This document shows, one piece after another, positions 1 to 9,165 of a stretch of DNA of 64,000 nucleotides. The translations under genes were made by a program, and so were the position numbers. Every line of letters begins with the position of its first letter. Position 1 is the stretch's first letter. A model generated the notes under the pieces. That model made no database searches. It was not told the DNA's origin and saw nothing but the letters and a program-made list of their open reading frames with translations. Source of the DNA: Candidatus Saccharimonadota bacterium (lineage in GTDB: Bacteria; Patescibacteriota; Saccharimonadia; Saccharimonadales; Saccharimonadaceae); contig JAATFU010000006.1 in assembly GCA_015655045.1 (NCBI GenBank), positions 33,058 to 97,057 of the forward strand, in the 5' to 3' direction.

Positions 1-440
1 TACACAGATTTACGACCCATGACACCGATTGCTTCACGTTCAATGGGACCGGTGAGTGTGGCGTTAATCGGACCAGCTCCATCGAGTGGTCGACCGAGCG
101 GATCAACCACTCGACCGAGGAGCTCTGGGCCAACCGGCACTTCAAGGATAACGCCCTTCAGACGCACCGTCGCACCCGCTGAAACGAGGCGATCGTCTCC
201 CAAGATAACGGCACCAATTTCATCTTCCATGAGGTTTAGTGCAAAGGCTTCCACGATACCAGCACTGGTTTCAATTTCAAGCATTTCGCTGTATCCAGCT
301 TCTCGAAGTCCATGGACCCAAGCCACGCCATCGCCAACCCGAATAATGACACCGACGCTCTCAAGGCCCTCACGGGCTTCAAGCTGAGAAATTGCATCTC
401 GTAACTCTTTAGATAATTCTGCTACTGATAATTCTGTCAT
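1..440 (-). CDS. atpA: F0F1 ATP synthase subunit alpha, N-terminal part (gene runs off the window start)
   Basis: Reverse translation from the ATG at 438-440 gives MTELSVAELSKELRDAISQLE...IIRVGDGVAWVHGL...GRVVDPLGRPLDGAGPI, a typical AtpA N-terminal domain. It follows atpH in canonical operon order. The + ORF 19-387 is its antisense shadow. Confidence 0.85.
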   Translation of the reverse strand, partial: MTELSVAELSKELRDAISQLEAREGLESVGVIIRVGDGVAWVHGLREAGYSEMLEIETSAGIVEAFALNLMEDEIGAVILGDDRLVSAGATVRLKGVILEVPVGPELLGRVVDPLGRPLDGAGPINATLTGPIEREAIGVMGRKSV

Positions 441-451
441 AGGTATCCTTA

Positions 452-850
452 TTAAATCTTATGTTGCGCCCGAAGCGTGGTTAAGCGATGGCTCAGCGTA
501 TCGTCAAGTCGAAGGCCAGCCACATCAAGCTTAATGCCGCCCAATACGGTCGGCTCCACGCGAGCTCTTAGCTCGACCGTCTTCGCGTCCAATCGATCTC
601 GTACTAGTTTCGAAATAGCTTGACGAAGGGCAGAAGTGAGCTCGGATGCAGTTACTATATCGGCTACAACTACACCATGGTGTGAAAATACATACTCAAT
701 ATCGCGCGTAATGAGTTCGAGCTCCTTGGTGCGTTTTGTATCAAGTAAATACGCCGCAAGCTCATGCAAAAGTTGCGATGTTTGTTTGCCGGCAAGTATC
801 GCCTTAACAAAGTACTGGGCAACTTTTCGACGGGACAAACGTATAGCCAT
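452..850 (-). CDS. atpH: F0F1 ATP synthase subunit delta (short, 132 aa)
   Basis: Sits between atpF and atpA. The C-terminal VLGGIKLDVAGLRLDDTLSHRL resembles the OSCP/delta C-terminus. Confidence 0.7.
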   Translation of the reverse strand: MAIRLSRRKVAQYFVKAILAGKQTSQLLHELAAYLLDTKRTKELELITRDIEYVFSHHGVVVADIVTASELTSALRQAISKLVRDRLDAKTVELRARVEPTVLGGIKLDVAGLRLDDTLSHRLTTLRAQHKI

Positions 851-1398
851 TAGCGGACTTCCTTGAGCGATTCAGTGATCACCTTATTATCAATGTCCTT
901 GGTTACTGCCTTACCGAGTACTTTTTCTGTCGCTAACATAACCAGAGAGAGCGTATCATCGTGCAGAGCCTGTTTGGCAATGGCTATATCTCGAGCTATC
1001 TGATCCTGCGCATCAGCTATAATCTGGTCACCACGCGCGCGGGCTTTGTCGTCAGCATCAGCGAGGGCCTCGGAAGCTTCGAGCTTAGCGGTCGCGATAA
1101 TGTCTCGTGCCTCAGACTGAGCTGCATGGAGTAAGCCAGCGATTTTCTTCTCAGTTTCTTCAGCGTTCGCCTGAGCGGTTCGCGCCGCCTGAGCTGCTGC
1201 TTCAATAGCCGCCTGGCGGGCATCAACTGATCGTATCAACCATGGGTACACATACTTACCCAGAAGCCACACGAGAATAATAAAGGCGACGATCTGCAGC
1301 ACTAATGTCTTCCAATCAATTCCAAGTGCCCCAAAGACACCACCTTTGGTAGTGCTTTCGGCTGCAAACTGAATAAGAGATCTCTGCATACTGTGCAA
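850..1398 (-). CDS. atpF: F0F1 ATP synthase subunit b
   Basis: One N-terminal TM helix (LVLQIVAFIILVWLLGKYVYPWL) followed by a long A/E/K-rich coiled coil, in operon position. A TTG at 1398 or the ATG at 1389 could be the start. Confidence 0.8.
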   Translation of the reverse strand: MHSMQRSLIQFAAESTTKGGVFGALGIDWKTLVLQIVAFIILVWLLGKYVYPWLIRSVDARQAAIEAAAQAARTAQANAEETEKKIAGLLHAAQSEARDIIATAKLEASEALADADDKARARGDQIIADAQDQIARDIAIAKQALHDDTLSLVMLATEKVLGKAVTKDIDNKVITESLKEVR

Positions 1399-1614
1399 CT
1401 AGCCTAGGAACTTTGCAATAATAGCGACAATAATACCGATAATAGCCAGCGAGTCAGCAAAGACAATTGCCGTAATCATCAGTGTCCGAATATCGCTGAG
1501 TTTCTCAGGATTACGACCAAAGGCGTTCAGGGCCGCGGCACCAATAAAACCAATCCCGAGGGCTGCTCCAAGAGCAGGTAGGGCGTAGGTAAGTCCAAAG
1601 GCTAGTTGTTCCAT
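1399..1614 (-). CDS. atpE: F0F1 ATP synthase subunit c
   Basis: A 71 aa two-helix hairpin proteolipid with a GRNP loop (FGRNPEK), in operon position. Confidence 0.9.
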   Translation of the reverse strand: MEQLAFGLTYALPALGAALGIGFIGAAALNAFGRNPEKLSDIRTLMITAIVFADSLAIIGIIVAIIAKFLG

Positions 1615-1655
1615 AATAAATATATCTCCTTATTCTCTTGTTGTAATTATCTTCA

Positions 1656-2480
1656 TTATATCATTCCCGTCGGCTTTACTTTCTTCGGGAGTGTTGTCGA
1701 GGAAAGATTCTCCGATAGGGGCACATCATGGCTGCTGGTACCGAGCGCGGTAAACATAAGTGTCAGAATAAAGAAGACGTAAGCTTGAATGAAGCCAATA
1801 AAAAGTTCAAATGCCATAAAGAAGGGAAGGACGACGCTCGCAAAGTAACTCGTTAACACTGCAATGACCATTAAAAGTACTTCGCCCGCAAAGGCATTAC
1901 CAAACAGACGCAGTGCCAATGAAGCTCCTCGAGAGAATTCACCAATCAACTCTAAGATCCCCTCAAATGAGCCAATGGGATCTTTAAATGGGTTACGGAA
2001 ATACCGACCTGCATTACCGACTAACCCTAAGTGCTTAATGGCATAGAACTGTACAGTAACCACTGTAATAATCGCTAAACCTCCCGTAAAGTTAAGGTCA
2101 GCCGTTAAACTACGTAGCACCGGTATGCCACCCCATGACACCGAATCAAGACCCGGGATCACACCCAACCAATAGTTAAACAAGACGAAGAAGAAAATTG
2201 TTACCGCAAGAGGAGTAATCCGTCGAGCCACTTTCTTATCTGGAATAACGTCATCAATTGACTTTAGCAAACCCTCAAAAACCCATTGAACAAGACCAAC
2301 GAAGCGGTTATACCGTCCTTTTTTTACCCGTCCCCCCACGTACCATAAAATGATAATAGTCAGTATAAGACCGCCCACGCCAGTCACCATAGCATTCGTG
2401 ACCGCTATAGGACCGACCGAAAAAAGCTTTTCGGCACCAATGCTAATATGAAGATCGAGCGCTGCGATTGAAGTGATCAT
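1656..2480 (-). CDS. atpB: F0F1 ATP synthase subunit a
   Basis: Polytopic membrane protein carrying the conserved LALRLFGN motif (SLALRLFGNAFAGEV), in operon position. Confidence 0.9.
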   Translation of the reverse strand: MITSIAALDLHISIGAEKLFSVGPIAVTNAMVTGVGGLILTIIILWYVGGRVKKGRYNRFVGLVQWVFEGLLKSIDDVIPDKKVARRITPLAVTIFFFVLFNYWLGVIPGLDSVSWGGIPVLRSLTADLNFTGGLAIITVVTVQFYAIKHLGLVGNAGRYFRNPFKDPIGSFEGILELIGEFSRGASLALRLFGNAFAGEVLLMVIAVLTSYFASVVLPFFMAFELFIGFIQAYVFFILTLMFTALGTSSHDVPLSENLSSTTLPKKVKPTGMI

Positions 2481-2728
2481 GAACGCCTCACTTTCTTAAT
2501 TTGTAGCACAATTAGCCCTACGCTGATCACAAAACCAACACTAATAAAAGCTGTTGTATAGAGAGGCGCCTCGTCGGTGAGATTATCAAGTACTATTCCT
2601 AGAACAGTACCCCCGATAGTGGGAACAAAAGCTCGCCAGGTTGTATCAAGCGCTGTCATAATCAATAAAAAAGCCCCATGCGGCGGCGGAGTGGTCGTCT
2701 GGCGTGTAGATCGAGGCGACTGCAACAT
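2477..2728 (-). CDS. AtpI/AtpZ-like small membrane protein heading the atp operon
   Basis: Two hydrophobic helices (GAFLLIMTALDTTWRAFVPTIGGTVLGIVLD, YTTAFISVGFVISVGLIVL) and a 4 nt overlap with the atpB start. An internal ATG at 2726-2728 was chosen because the N-terminal 46 aa of the long ORF (to 2866) look non-protein-like. Confidence 0.5.
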   Translation of the reverse strand: MLQSPRSTRQTTTPPPHGAFLLIMTALDTTWRAFVPTIGGTVLGIVLDNLTDEAPLYTTAFISVGFVISVGLIVLQIKKVRRS

Positions 2729-2770
2729 AACTTCTATTATTGTAGCAGAGGGAGTAGGATGTGTACAGAT

Positions 2771-2971
2771 ATGCCACGCCGAAACCAGACACCAAAGCAC
2801 TTGCCATACAAACGAATACAAGCGGTTCACAGCAAACAACGTTTTAATAACCAAGTGGATGCACATGATGCTGCGGAATTACGTATGTTTGAGCACCCCG
2901 AGTTAAAACTCCACGTTTATAAGTGCCCAGAATGTTTTGGTTGGCACCTCACTCGTGATAAAGACATTTAG
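2771..2971 (+). CDS. Small (66 aa) putative zinc-ribbon-like protein
   Basis: C-terminal LKLHVYKCPECFGWHLTRDKDI preceded by RFNNQVDAHDAAELRM. This fits a small-protein pattern I recall (basic N-terminus, helix, then Y-C-x-x-C-x-G-W-H-L-T). Divergent from the atp operon. The start is uncertain: ATG 2771, or TTG 2801. Confidence 0.4.
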   Translation: MPRRNQTPKHLPYKRIQAVHSKQRFNNQVDAHDAAELRMFEHPELKLHVYKCPECFGWHLTRDKDI

Positions 2972-3012
2972 CTTACTTAATGTGATTATTGTGGAATTTT
3001 CTGTTCAATTCA

Positions 3013-4518
3013 CTAGGGTAAAGTACTCGGCACGAAGGATGCATCATAGGAGAAATAATCATTAGGAGTGGTTGTCCAAAAGAGAGCCGTATACCAACTT
3101 GCATCACTTCTCATTAGCACAGACCCATCAGAAACACGCACCGCCGCAAACAAAGCAGCTCCCACATTAGCGTTCGACGCATTATATAACCTTATGCCAA
3201 ATGTGTGCTGACCGGGTTGAATCGTTATTGTTGTCGAGAGAAAAGCCGAACCATGCGCGGAATCTGACGTATAAACTAAATTCCCATCGAGATAGACATC
3301 ACAGACATCGTCACAATACGCGCTCACCTTAACCTGGGTGGGGCTCGTCAACGTGAAGCCAGTTGGATTTCTCAACCAGGTATATGAGCTGCCTGGGTAG
3401 TTCGTACCTGATTGACTATTCACAGTAGAGATATAATGCGAGTTACTATCACCACTAACCGTGGCCCACGTACTCGGTGCACCACCCCACGGAAGAGAAG
3501 TGTTACTATAGACACCAAAATCTCTATCTAAAGCCCAGCTATTTGGATCCTGATAATAATTTGGTGAAGAGAAATGAACAGTCGAGCCAGTCGTTACCCG
3601 CCATGAAGTATCCGAGACCATGGCGTCGGTACCGGGACCGACTTGAATGAGTTCAAATCTGAAATTTGACGCACTCGGATTCATACCATAGTTCATAGCT
3701 TTTGCACTTGCTGTGTGGCATCCAGCGGTGAGGGTGATTGATGTACCATTATGATCAGGTGTCGTTAGAACAACCTGTCCATCTATTGATACTTCGGAGT
3801 GGTCATCTGCCGATGCGGTAAGCACATATGCGCCTGCCTGGGTTATCATAAAGTCTTTTCTGTAAAATATAGGTCCCGGATTAAGGTTGCCTGTCGCAAG
3901 CGTAATGATTGCCGGGCCACCCACAGCAGTAGGTGCCGAGGCAATGACCGCATTCGTCCACCCAAGTGTAGCTGGATTATTAGGCGAGCACTGACTCACT
4001 GGAACTAAAGAAAGGAAGGTAGTTTGTTTATATGTCCTCCATGGAATAGCGTCAGTACCAACGCTTGACGTGCGAAGAATATTAACAATCCCAGTCGATG
4101 GAATATTAGTCGCTTTCCCCGTACTACTGTCGGTAGTTGGATAGGCCACGCTAAACTCTGAGGTTACGTTACTATTTACAGCTACCGCACAGGCTGGATC
4201 GACCGAGCTAGCCAGACAATTTGTTTGAACCACACCCGAACAGTCTGTGTTAACCATCAGCGGCGCACTGGCACTCCACTTTGGTATGCCATTATTGGCA
4301 TTGAGGCAGGCTTTTGCGTAAGCCACGCCCGATTCAGCAGCGGTTCGACTCAACTCATTATAATACTGGGTTTGTAAAGACACGCGCACCGCAGCCGTAG
4401 AGGTAACGGCCGTAACGAGCACAGTCAACATGACCGTGGACGCAATGAGGACTGTCGCCAGTGCAAAACCATGACTGGTTCGAGGATGACGAAGAATAGC
4501 TTGTAGTGTGCGCTTCAC
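3013..4518 (-). CDS. PilX-like type IV minor pilin/pseudopilin with two PA14-like beta-sandwich domains
   Basis: The N-terminus RHPRTSHGFALATVLIASTVMLTVLVTAV...YYNELSRTAAESGVAYAKACL fits the PilX N-terminal pattern. Two internal blocks are PA14-like: GAYVLTASADDHSEVSIDGQVVL and VKVSAYCDDVCDVYLDGNLVYTS, each followed by a ...GxHTxxxxxxN... segment. Confidence 0.6.
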   Translation of the reverse strand: MKRTLQAILRHPRTSHGFALATVLIASTVMLTVLVTAVTSTAAVRVSLQTQYYNELSRTAAESGVAYAKACLNANNGIPKWSASAPLMVNTDCSGVVQTNCLASSVDPACAVAVNSNVTSEFSVAYPTTDSSTGKATNIPSTGIVNILRTSSVGTDAIPWRTYKQTTFLSLVPVSQCSPNNPATLGWTNAVIASAPTAVGGPAIITLATGNLNPGPIFYRKDFMITQAGAYVLTASADDHSEVSIDGQVVLTTPDHNGTSITLTAGCHTASAKAMNYGMNPSASNFRFELIQVGPGTDAMVSDTSWRVTTGSTVHFSSPNYYQDPNSWALDRDFGVYSNTSLPWGGAPSTWATVSGDSNSHYISTVNSQSGTNYPGSSYTWLRNPTGFTLTSPTQVKVSAYCDDVCDVYLDGNLVYTSDSAHGSAFLSTTITIQPGQHTFGIRLYNASNANVGAALFAAVRVSDGSVLMRSDASWYTALFWTTTPNDYFSYDASFVPSTLP

Positions 4519-4641
4519 GGTAGAGATACCCCTGTATTTATCCCTTTGAGTATAGCATAAGTTATATCATCAACAAATCAGGATTCATTTTGAATTTTAG
4601 TGTATAATGTATAGTAACAACCTAAGTAGGAAGGGTCTTTC

Positions 4642-4920
4642 ATGAGTGACACAACAACTCCCCAAATAACAATCTATAGTACTTCTTGGTGCGCCTTTTG
4701 TCACACTGAAATGCAATGGCTTGATAAATTAGGTATCCCATATATTGCAAAAGATATTGAAGCTGACAAAACTGCCTACGAAGAATTGATGAGCAAGAAT
4801 GGCGGCACCTATAGTGGTGTACCTGTGACCGATATTGCGGGTGACCTTATCCTTGGTTTTGATCGTCCAAAACTTCAAGACGCCATTAAGTCTCACGACA
4901 TTCAGCCAGTTGCCGCCTAA
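4642..4920 (+). CDS. Glutaredoxin/NrdH-like thiol-disulfide oxidoreductase
   Basis: ITIYSTSWCAFCHTEMQWLDKLGIPY carries a CxxC motif in a thioredoxin-fold context, and GVPVTDIAGDLILGF matches the glutaredoxin cis-Pro region. SD-like AGGAAGGG lies upstream. Confidence 0.8.
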   Translation: MSDTTTPQITIYSTSWCAFCHTEMQWLDKLGIPYIAKDIEADKTAYEELMSKNGGTYSGVPVTDIAGDLILGFDRPKLQDAIKSHDIQPVAA

Positions 4921-5003
4921 TCTTTCTCCTTTGGCTTATTGCCTAGTTAATAACGATAAACACGGAGGTTATACGTATTAACGATCACGAGCCACCGAGT
5001 GAC

Positions 5004-5492
5004 ATGCCAATACACGGCCGCCCGCTAGATCAAGGGCCATTGCTCCCTAACCTTGAGCGGCGTATTGAGTATGATCAGTTAAGGAAGCAACTCGAGCGAT
5101 GGCATGCGCCACTCTATCGAACGCATCTAACCGAACTTCTCCTAGCACTCGCACGTTATATGGAAACGGGCGAGGAACATGTATTGATTAATAAAGCTGA
5201 GATCCGTACAGCTGAAATACTTCTCTCATACGACCCTGCCGAGCTTGCTTTTGACGAAGATGATCCTTATGCAAATAGCTTCTCTCTTGCTTTCATGCAA
5301 GCGGGGGAGGATATTACAAAACAGAAAGCAATCGAGATGCTAGAGCGCATCTATCTTGTAGCACATCAAAATGCGCCCTCAAAGCCAGTCGGTATTGACC
5401 AAGCGCTTGTTCGGGTTGTACATCCCGAATCTACTCGTCCTCGGATACTTCCAATCCTGAAAATAGTTCCCAAAGAGGATGATCCCTCTTAA
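5004..5492 (+). CDS. Hypothetical protein (162 aa)
   Basis: Clean ORF with protein-like composition. No motif recognised. Confidence 0.5.
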   Translation: MPIHGRPLDQGPLLPNLERRIEYDQLRKQLERWHAPLYRTHLTELLLALARYMETGEEHVLINKAEIRTAEILLSYDPAELAFDEDDPYANSFSLAFMQAGEDITKQKAIEMLERIYLVAHQNAPSKPVGIDQALVRVVHPESTRPRILPILKIVPKEDDPS

Positions 5493-7129
5493 ACAGAGCC
5501 GACCTGCAGCACCTCACCACCTAAAGAGTGACGAAAATATCCATCATGGCTGACATAAAGTGTTGCCCCTGAGTATTTAGCAAGAGCCGTTTCTAGTTCT
5601 TCAATACTCGGTAAATCTAAGTGATTAGTTGGTTCGTCAAGGATCAGAAGCTGTGGATCGTTTGCAAGCATTGCTATCAATTGGAAGCGAGCCTTTTGCC
5701 CACCCGACAGACGAGAGACTGGCGTTTTACCGTCACCTTCGCTAAATAGATAGTCACTTAAGAGATTACGGACCTTTGTGGTTGAGATTGAGAGATTACG
5801 ATCCAGATACATACGCTCAATTGCCGCCTCGAGTGGCAATTCGAAATAAGTAGGCCCGACTTCCTGCTCGTACACTCCAATCCGTACATGTGGATCAAGT
5901 GAAATGTCGCCCGAAAAAAACGTCGGCGTCGTATCACCGAGCAAAGCTTTAATAAGTGTTGTCTTACCCGCACCGTTTCGACCCCGAAGCTCGAGTGCTT
6001 CGCTTTCCCGAAGATCAATATTAATCCCCGAAAACAGGGGAGTATCCCCATAACCAAGCGACACGTCTCGAGCTGTCACGAGAATATGCTTACTACGTGA
6101 TTCATCATCCTGGAGCTTCATCTTGATATTCTTTGCCTTAAATTTATCGTACTGGGCAGCAACTTTATAGTTCAGATTCGCTGCTGATTCTTTATCAATC
6201 CAGAAGGTAGGCTTTTCTTTGGCCTGTAGCTCTGCAAGTTCCTTGCGTGAATTCTCTTCAAGACGTTTGAACTTTTGAATCGTACCAGGATTGCGAGATT
6301 TCTCTTTAAGTCGCTGGTAGTCGATAACTTTTGCCTTAAGGTTAACGATTCGCTTCTCGATCATCTCGAAATCATTCATTTGCGTACCCGTACTAACCGC
6401 ATTCTGCTTCAGATATGCATCATAGTTACCCTTGTAACTCACACTTTCACCATCTTTTAGCTCAATAATACGGTCAACCTCATTGAGAACATCTCTATCA
6501 TGCGTAATCACAAGCATTGCTTCACGAGCCGATTTCATCCACTCAACATATTGTGCCTTAGCAACATAGTCCATATGGTTAGTTGGCTCGTCGACAAGCG
6601 CAAGATTTGCATCACTGTGCATAACCTTAATCACTTCAACTAATCGCTTTTGTCCTCCCGATAGGGTAGAGAAGGTACGATGAGCTACCCCTGGAAGTTG
6701 GAAGTTATCGAGTTCACGTTCGATTTGTTCCTCAATTTGATAAAAGCCCTTATCGTCAAATCGCATTAATGCTTGGGTATACTCTTCGATTAATTTCATA
6801 TCATCACCCATGGTATGAGGGTATGTCTCCATAATATGACTAAGGTGGCTATATTCGGGGAGTCCCTGAAGAACGTACTGCAAAACGGTCGTTTCGCCCA
6901 TATCGTGGTGTTCTTGAGCCGTGGCGACAACTACGGTACCTCGCTTAAAGATAATCTCACCAGTGAAGTCCTTATCGGTGCCTGCAAGTATCCCAAATAG
7001 GGTAGACTTACCAACCCCGTTACGTCCGATAACGCCCACTTTTTCACCATCATCAATACTAAATTTGATCCCGCTCATTAAGAGTTTGGGGCCAAACGAT
7101 TTTTCAGTAACGGTAATATCGGCAATCAT
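5489..7129 (-). CDS. ABC-F family ATPase (two ABC domains, no TM domain)
   Basis: Two Walker A motifs (GRNGVGKST, GRNGAGKTT), two signature motifs (LSGGQKRL, LSGGQKARF), two Walker B motifs (LALVDEPTNHMD, LLILDEPTNHLD), and a charged linker between the domains. Confidence 0.9.
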   Translation of the reverse strand: MIADITVTEKSFGPKLLMSGIKFSIDDGEKVGVIGRNGVGKSTLFGILAGTDKDFTGEIIFKRGTVVVATAQEHHDMGETTVLQYVLQGLPEYSHLSHIMETYPHTMGDDMKLIEEYTQALMRFDDKGFYQIEEQIERELDNFQLPGVAHRTFSTLSGGQKRLVEVIKVMHSDANLALVDEPTNHMDYVAKAQYVEWMKSAREAMLVITHDRDVLNEVDRIIELKDGESVSYKGNYDAYLKQNAVSTGTQMNDFEMIEKRIVNLKAKVIDYQRLKEKSRNPGTIQKFKRLEENSRKELAELQAKEKPTFWIDKESAANLNYKVAAQYDKFKAKNIKMKLQDDESRSKHILVTARDVSLGYGDTPLFSGINIDLRESEALELRGRNGAGKTTLIKALLGDTTPTFFSGDISLDPHVRIGVYEQEVGPTYFELPLEAAIERMYLDRNLSISTTKVRNLLSDYLFSEGDGKTPVSRLSGGQKARFQLIAMLANDPQLLILDEPTNHLDLPSIEELETALAKYSGATLYVSHDGYFRHSLGGEVLQVGSV

Positions 7130-7249
7130 GTTTGTCTAGTATAACATTTATCTCTAACGAGTAGGTGATTCTATTGAGGTCATAGGCACATAGAAGGGCC
7201 TCAGTAATACAGGTCGGCACACTATTATCAGAATCGAAACTTGATGTCT

Positions 7250-7789
7250 CTAGCGATTGTCTACCGAATCACGAGATTGCTCGGTTATAGAAGTGGCCTC
7301 ACGACCAGCTAGCAACTTTAGCGCTTCAAGAGCTTTTTGTCCAACCTTACGCTGATGAGGTATACGGGGTAGTTCGGTCGCAGCAACCTCTAAAACCTCA
7401 AGTATGCCACCTCGCTCATGTTCTGTCATGCGAACTACATCGTAATCTACCTCGCCGTAAAGAGACAATTTGCCTTTCAGGCTGTCGATCTCACCTTCGG
7501 CTTTCACCAAATCATCTCTTAAGTCGTTAGTAACTTTCTCTGCTTCAACACGTTCCTCGAGAAATCTTATCGCTTCTTCTAAGTCCCGAACATTATTCGC
7601 ACCAGCTTGAGCTGCTAGGGTAATGATTGCATTCGTTACCTTTGATATTTCAACGTAAGCATAGCCATCTGTCTCATATTGCCGTACGTCTTCAACAAAC
7701 CCATCAATTACTCGCGTTCTCCGAATTGTTTCTTGAGTTTCTTGTGCTTCTATCTGTATGTCCACATCTGTTTTTAGCACTGTCATCAT
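7250..7789 (-). CDS. Hypothetical coiled-coil protein (179 aa)
   Basis: Clean ORF with a predicted helical, charged sequence. No motif recognised. Confidence 0.5.
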   Translation of the reverse strand: MMTVLKTDVDIQIEAQETQETIRRTRVIDGFVEDVRQYETDGYAYVEISKVTNAIITLAAQAGANNVRDLEEAIRFLEERVEAEKVTNDLRDDLVKAEGEIDSLKGKLSLYGEVDYDVVRMTEHERGGILEVLEVAATELPRIPHQRKVGQKALEALKLLAGREATSITEQSRDSVDNR

Positions 7790-7898
7790 TCTATCTCCTA
7801 TTTCAAAAAGTATATCTTTTGATAACTATCGAAGCAAGCACGAGCCATATAGAAAAAAGCACTTGTACGAAAAAATTAATTATTGTTTAATCATTACT

Positions 7899-8306
7899 AT
7901 GCAGGATGGCAAGGTAGTCGGAGAAGCAAGCATATTCAAGAATAGAGCCTCCCTTCCAACGCCCGAACATATTCTTGGAGAAGTCATCCCTATGCGTGCA
8001 GTTGGTTTCGAAAATGAATATCGAATAGTTCCAACGGACGAAGCTTTAGAACGTGTGGGCATTATCGCTTCTAGTATGTACGATGAGCTATCTTTTGCAG
8101 GTTATGAGCGAGAGTCAGATTTTCTTATGACACTCTGTCTAAATTTAGTTGACTCTGGGGCAACTGACGCCGAGATAAGCCATACGGCCTTTGAATTCAT
8201 TAAGAATTTTCCAGAGGTTACAGAGGCTATTATTACCCTGGCTCACGAGCAATCTCGATCAATTAAAAAAGTTGGTGCTACCGCCATTAAGAAGTCGTTG
8301 TCCTAA
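7899..8306 (+). CDS. Hypothetical protein (135 aa)
   Basis: An internal ATG at 7899 (MQDGKVVGEAS...) was chosen because the upstream part of ORF 7758-8306 overlaps the divergent gene and looks like low-complexity read-through. Confidence 0.45.
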   Translation: MQDGKVVGEASIFKNRASLPTPEHILGEVIPMRAVGFENEYRIVPTDEALERVGIIASSMYDELSFAGYERESDFLMTLCLNLVDSGATDAEISHTAFEFIKNFPEVTEAIITLAHEQSRSIKKVGATAIKKSLS

Positions 8307-8335
8307 GTATTAAGACAACGCTATACTAATACGCA

Positions 8336-9160
8336 ATGACATCTCCACAAGAATTCAACTATAAAACCTATCACAGCACAAAGTTACCTTCTGTCATAAT
8401 GATTCATGGCTTCCGAGGTACACACCACGGACTCGATCTTATCGCTAAAGAGTTGACTGATTATCATGTCATTGTTCCTGATTTGCCGGGGTTTGGAGAG
8501 GGAGAGCCTCTAGCCGGAGAGCATGATCTCAAAAATTACGTCAACTGGTTACATAGTTTTATTACCGAGCTACACCTCACGAAACCCCCAGTCTTACTCG
8601 GCCACTCTTTCGGGAGTATTATTGCGAGTAGCTATGCGGCTCACTTTCCAGAGACGATTGTCCAATTAATACTCGTGAATCCTATTGGCGCACCGGCACT
8701 TGAAGGACCCAAAGCCTTTTTGACACAATTAGCCGTGTTTTATTACTGGCTTGGCCGTAAGTTACCTACAAAACTAGCCCATACGTGGCTGTCCGCTAAA
8801 CCAATTGTCATGATTATGAGTATGAGTATGGCCAAAACGCATAACAGGAAAACTCGGGCCTACATTCATAATCAACATCTTCAACATTTCAGTTCGTTCG
8901 CCACCCCACAAGTTGTAAGCGAAGCCTTCAGAACATCCGTGACTAATACTGTTCGTGACCACGCCACAACTATTACTACTCCTACCTTACTCATAGCTGG
9001 GGAGAAAGATGACATCACACCACTTCATAAGCAACAAGAGTTAGTGAAGTTATTCCCAGATGCTACCCTTAAAGTCATTAGGGGAGTCGGACACCTCACT
9101 CATTACGAAACACCCGTCGAAGTTGCAGAACTCGTGAAGGAGTTTCTTAATTCTCAATAA
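8336..9160 (+). CDS. Alpha/beta-fold hydrolase
   Basis: HG oxyanion motif (VIMIHGFRGTHHG), nucleophile elbow GHSFGS, late GEKDD and GVGHLTHYE (catalytic His region). Confidence 0.85.
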   Translation: MTSPQEFNYKTYHSTKLPSVIMIHGFRGTHHGLDLIAKELTDYHVIVPDLPGFGEGEPLAGEHDLKNYVNWLHSFITELHLTKPPVLLGHSFGSIIASSYAAHFPETIVQLILVNPIGAPALEGPKAFLTQLAVFYYWLGRKLPTKLAHTWLSAKPIVMIMSMSMAKTHNRKTRAYIHNQHLQHFSSFATPQVVSEAFRTSVTNTVRDHATTITTPTLLIAGEKDDITPLHKQQELVKLFPDATLKVIRGVGHLTHYETPVEVAELVKEFLNSQ

Positions 9161-9165
9161 CCAAG

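Noticed and set aside
19-387. 122 aa + strand ORF at the window start
   Set aside because: Its S/P/R-rich composition is typical of an antisense frame. The opposite strand encodes an unmistakable AtpA N-terminus in operon order.
2729-2866. N-terminal 46 aa extension of the AtpI-like ORF
   Set aside because: The W/C/H-rich sequence looks non-protein-like. It would overlap the divergent small ORF and promoter region. An internal ATG gives a product of the typical AtpI/AtpZ size.
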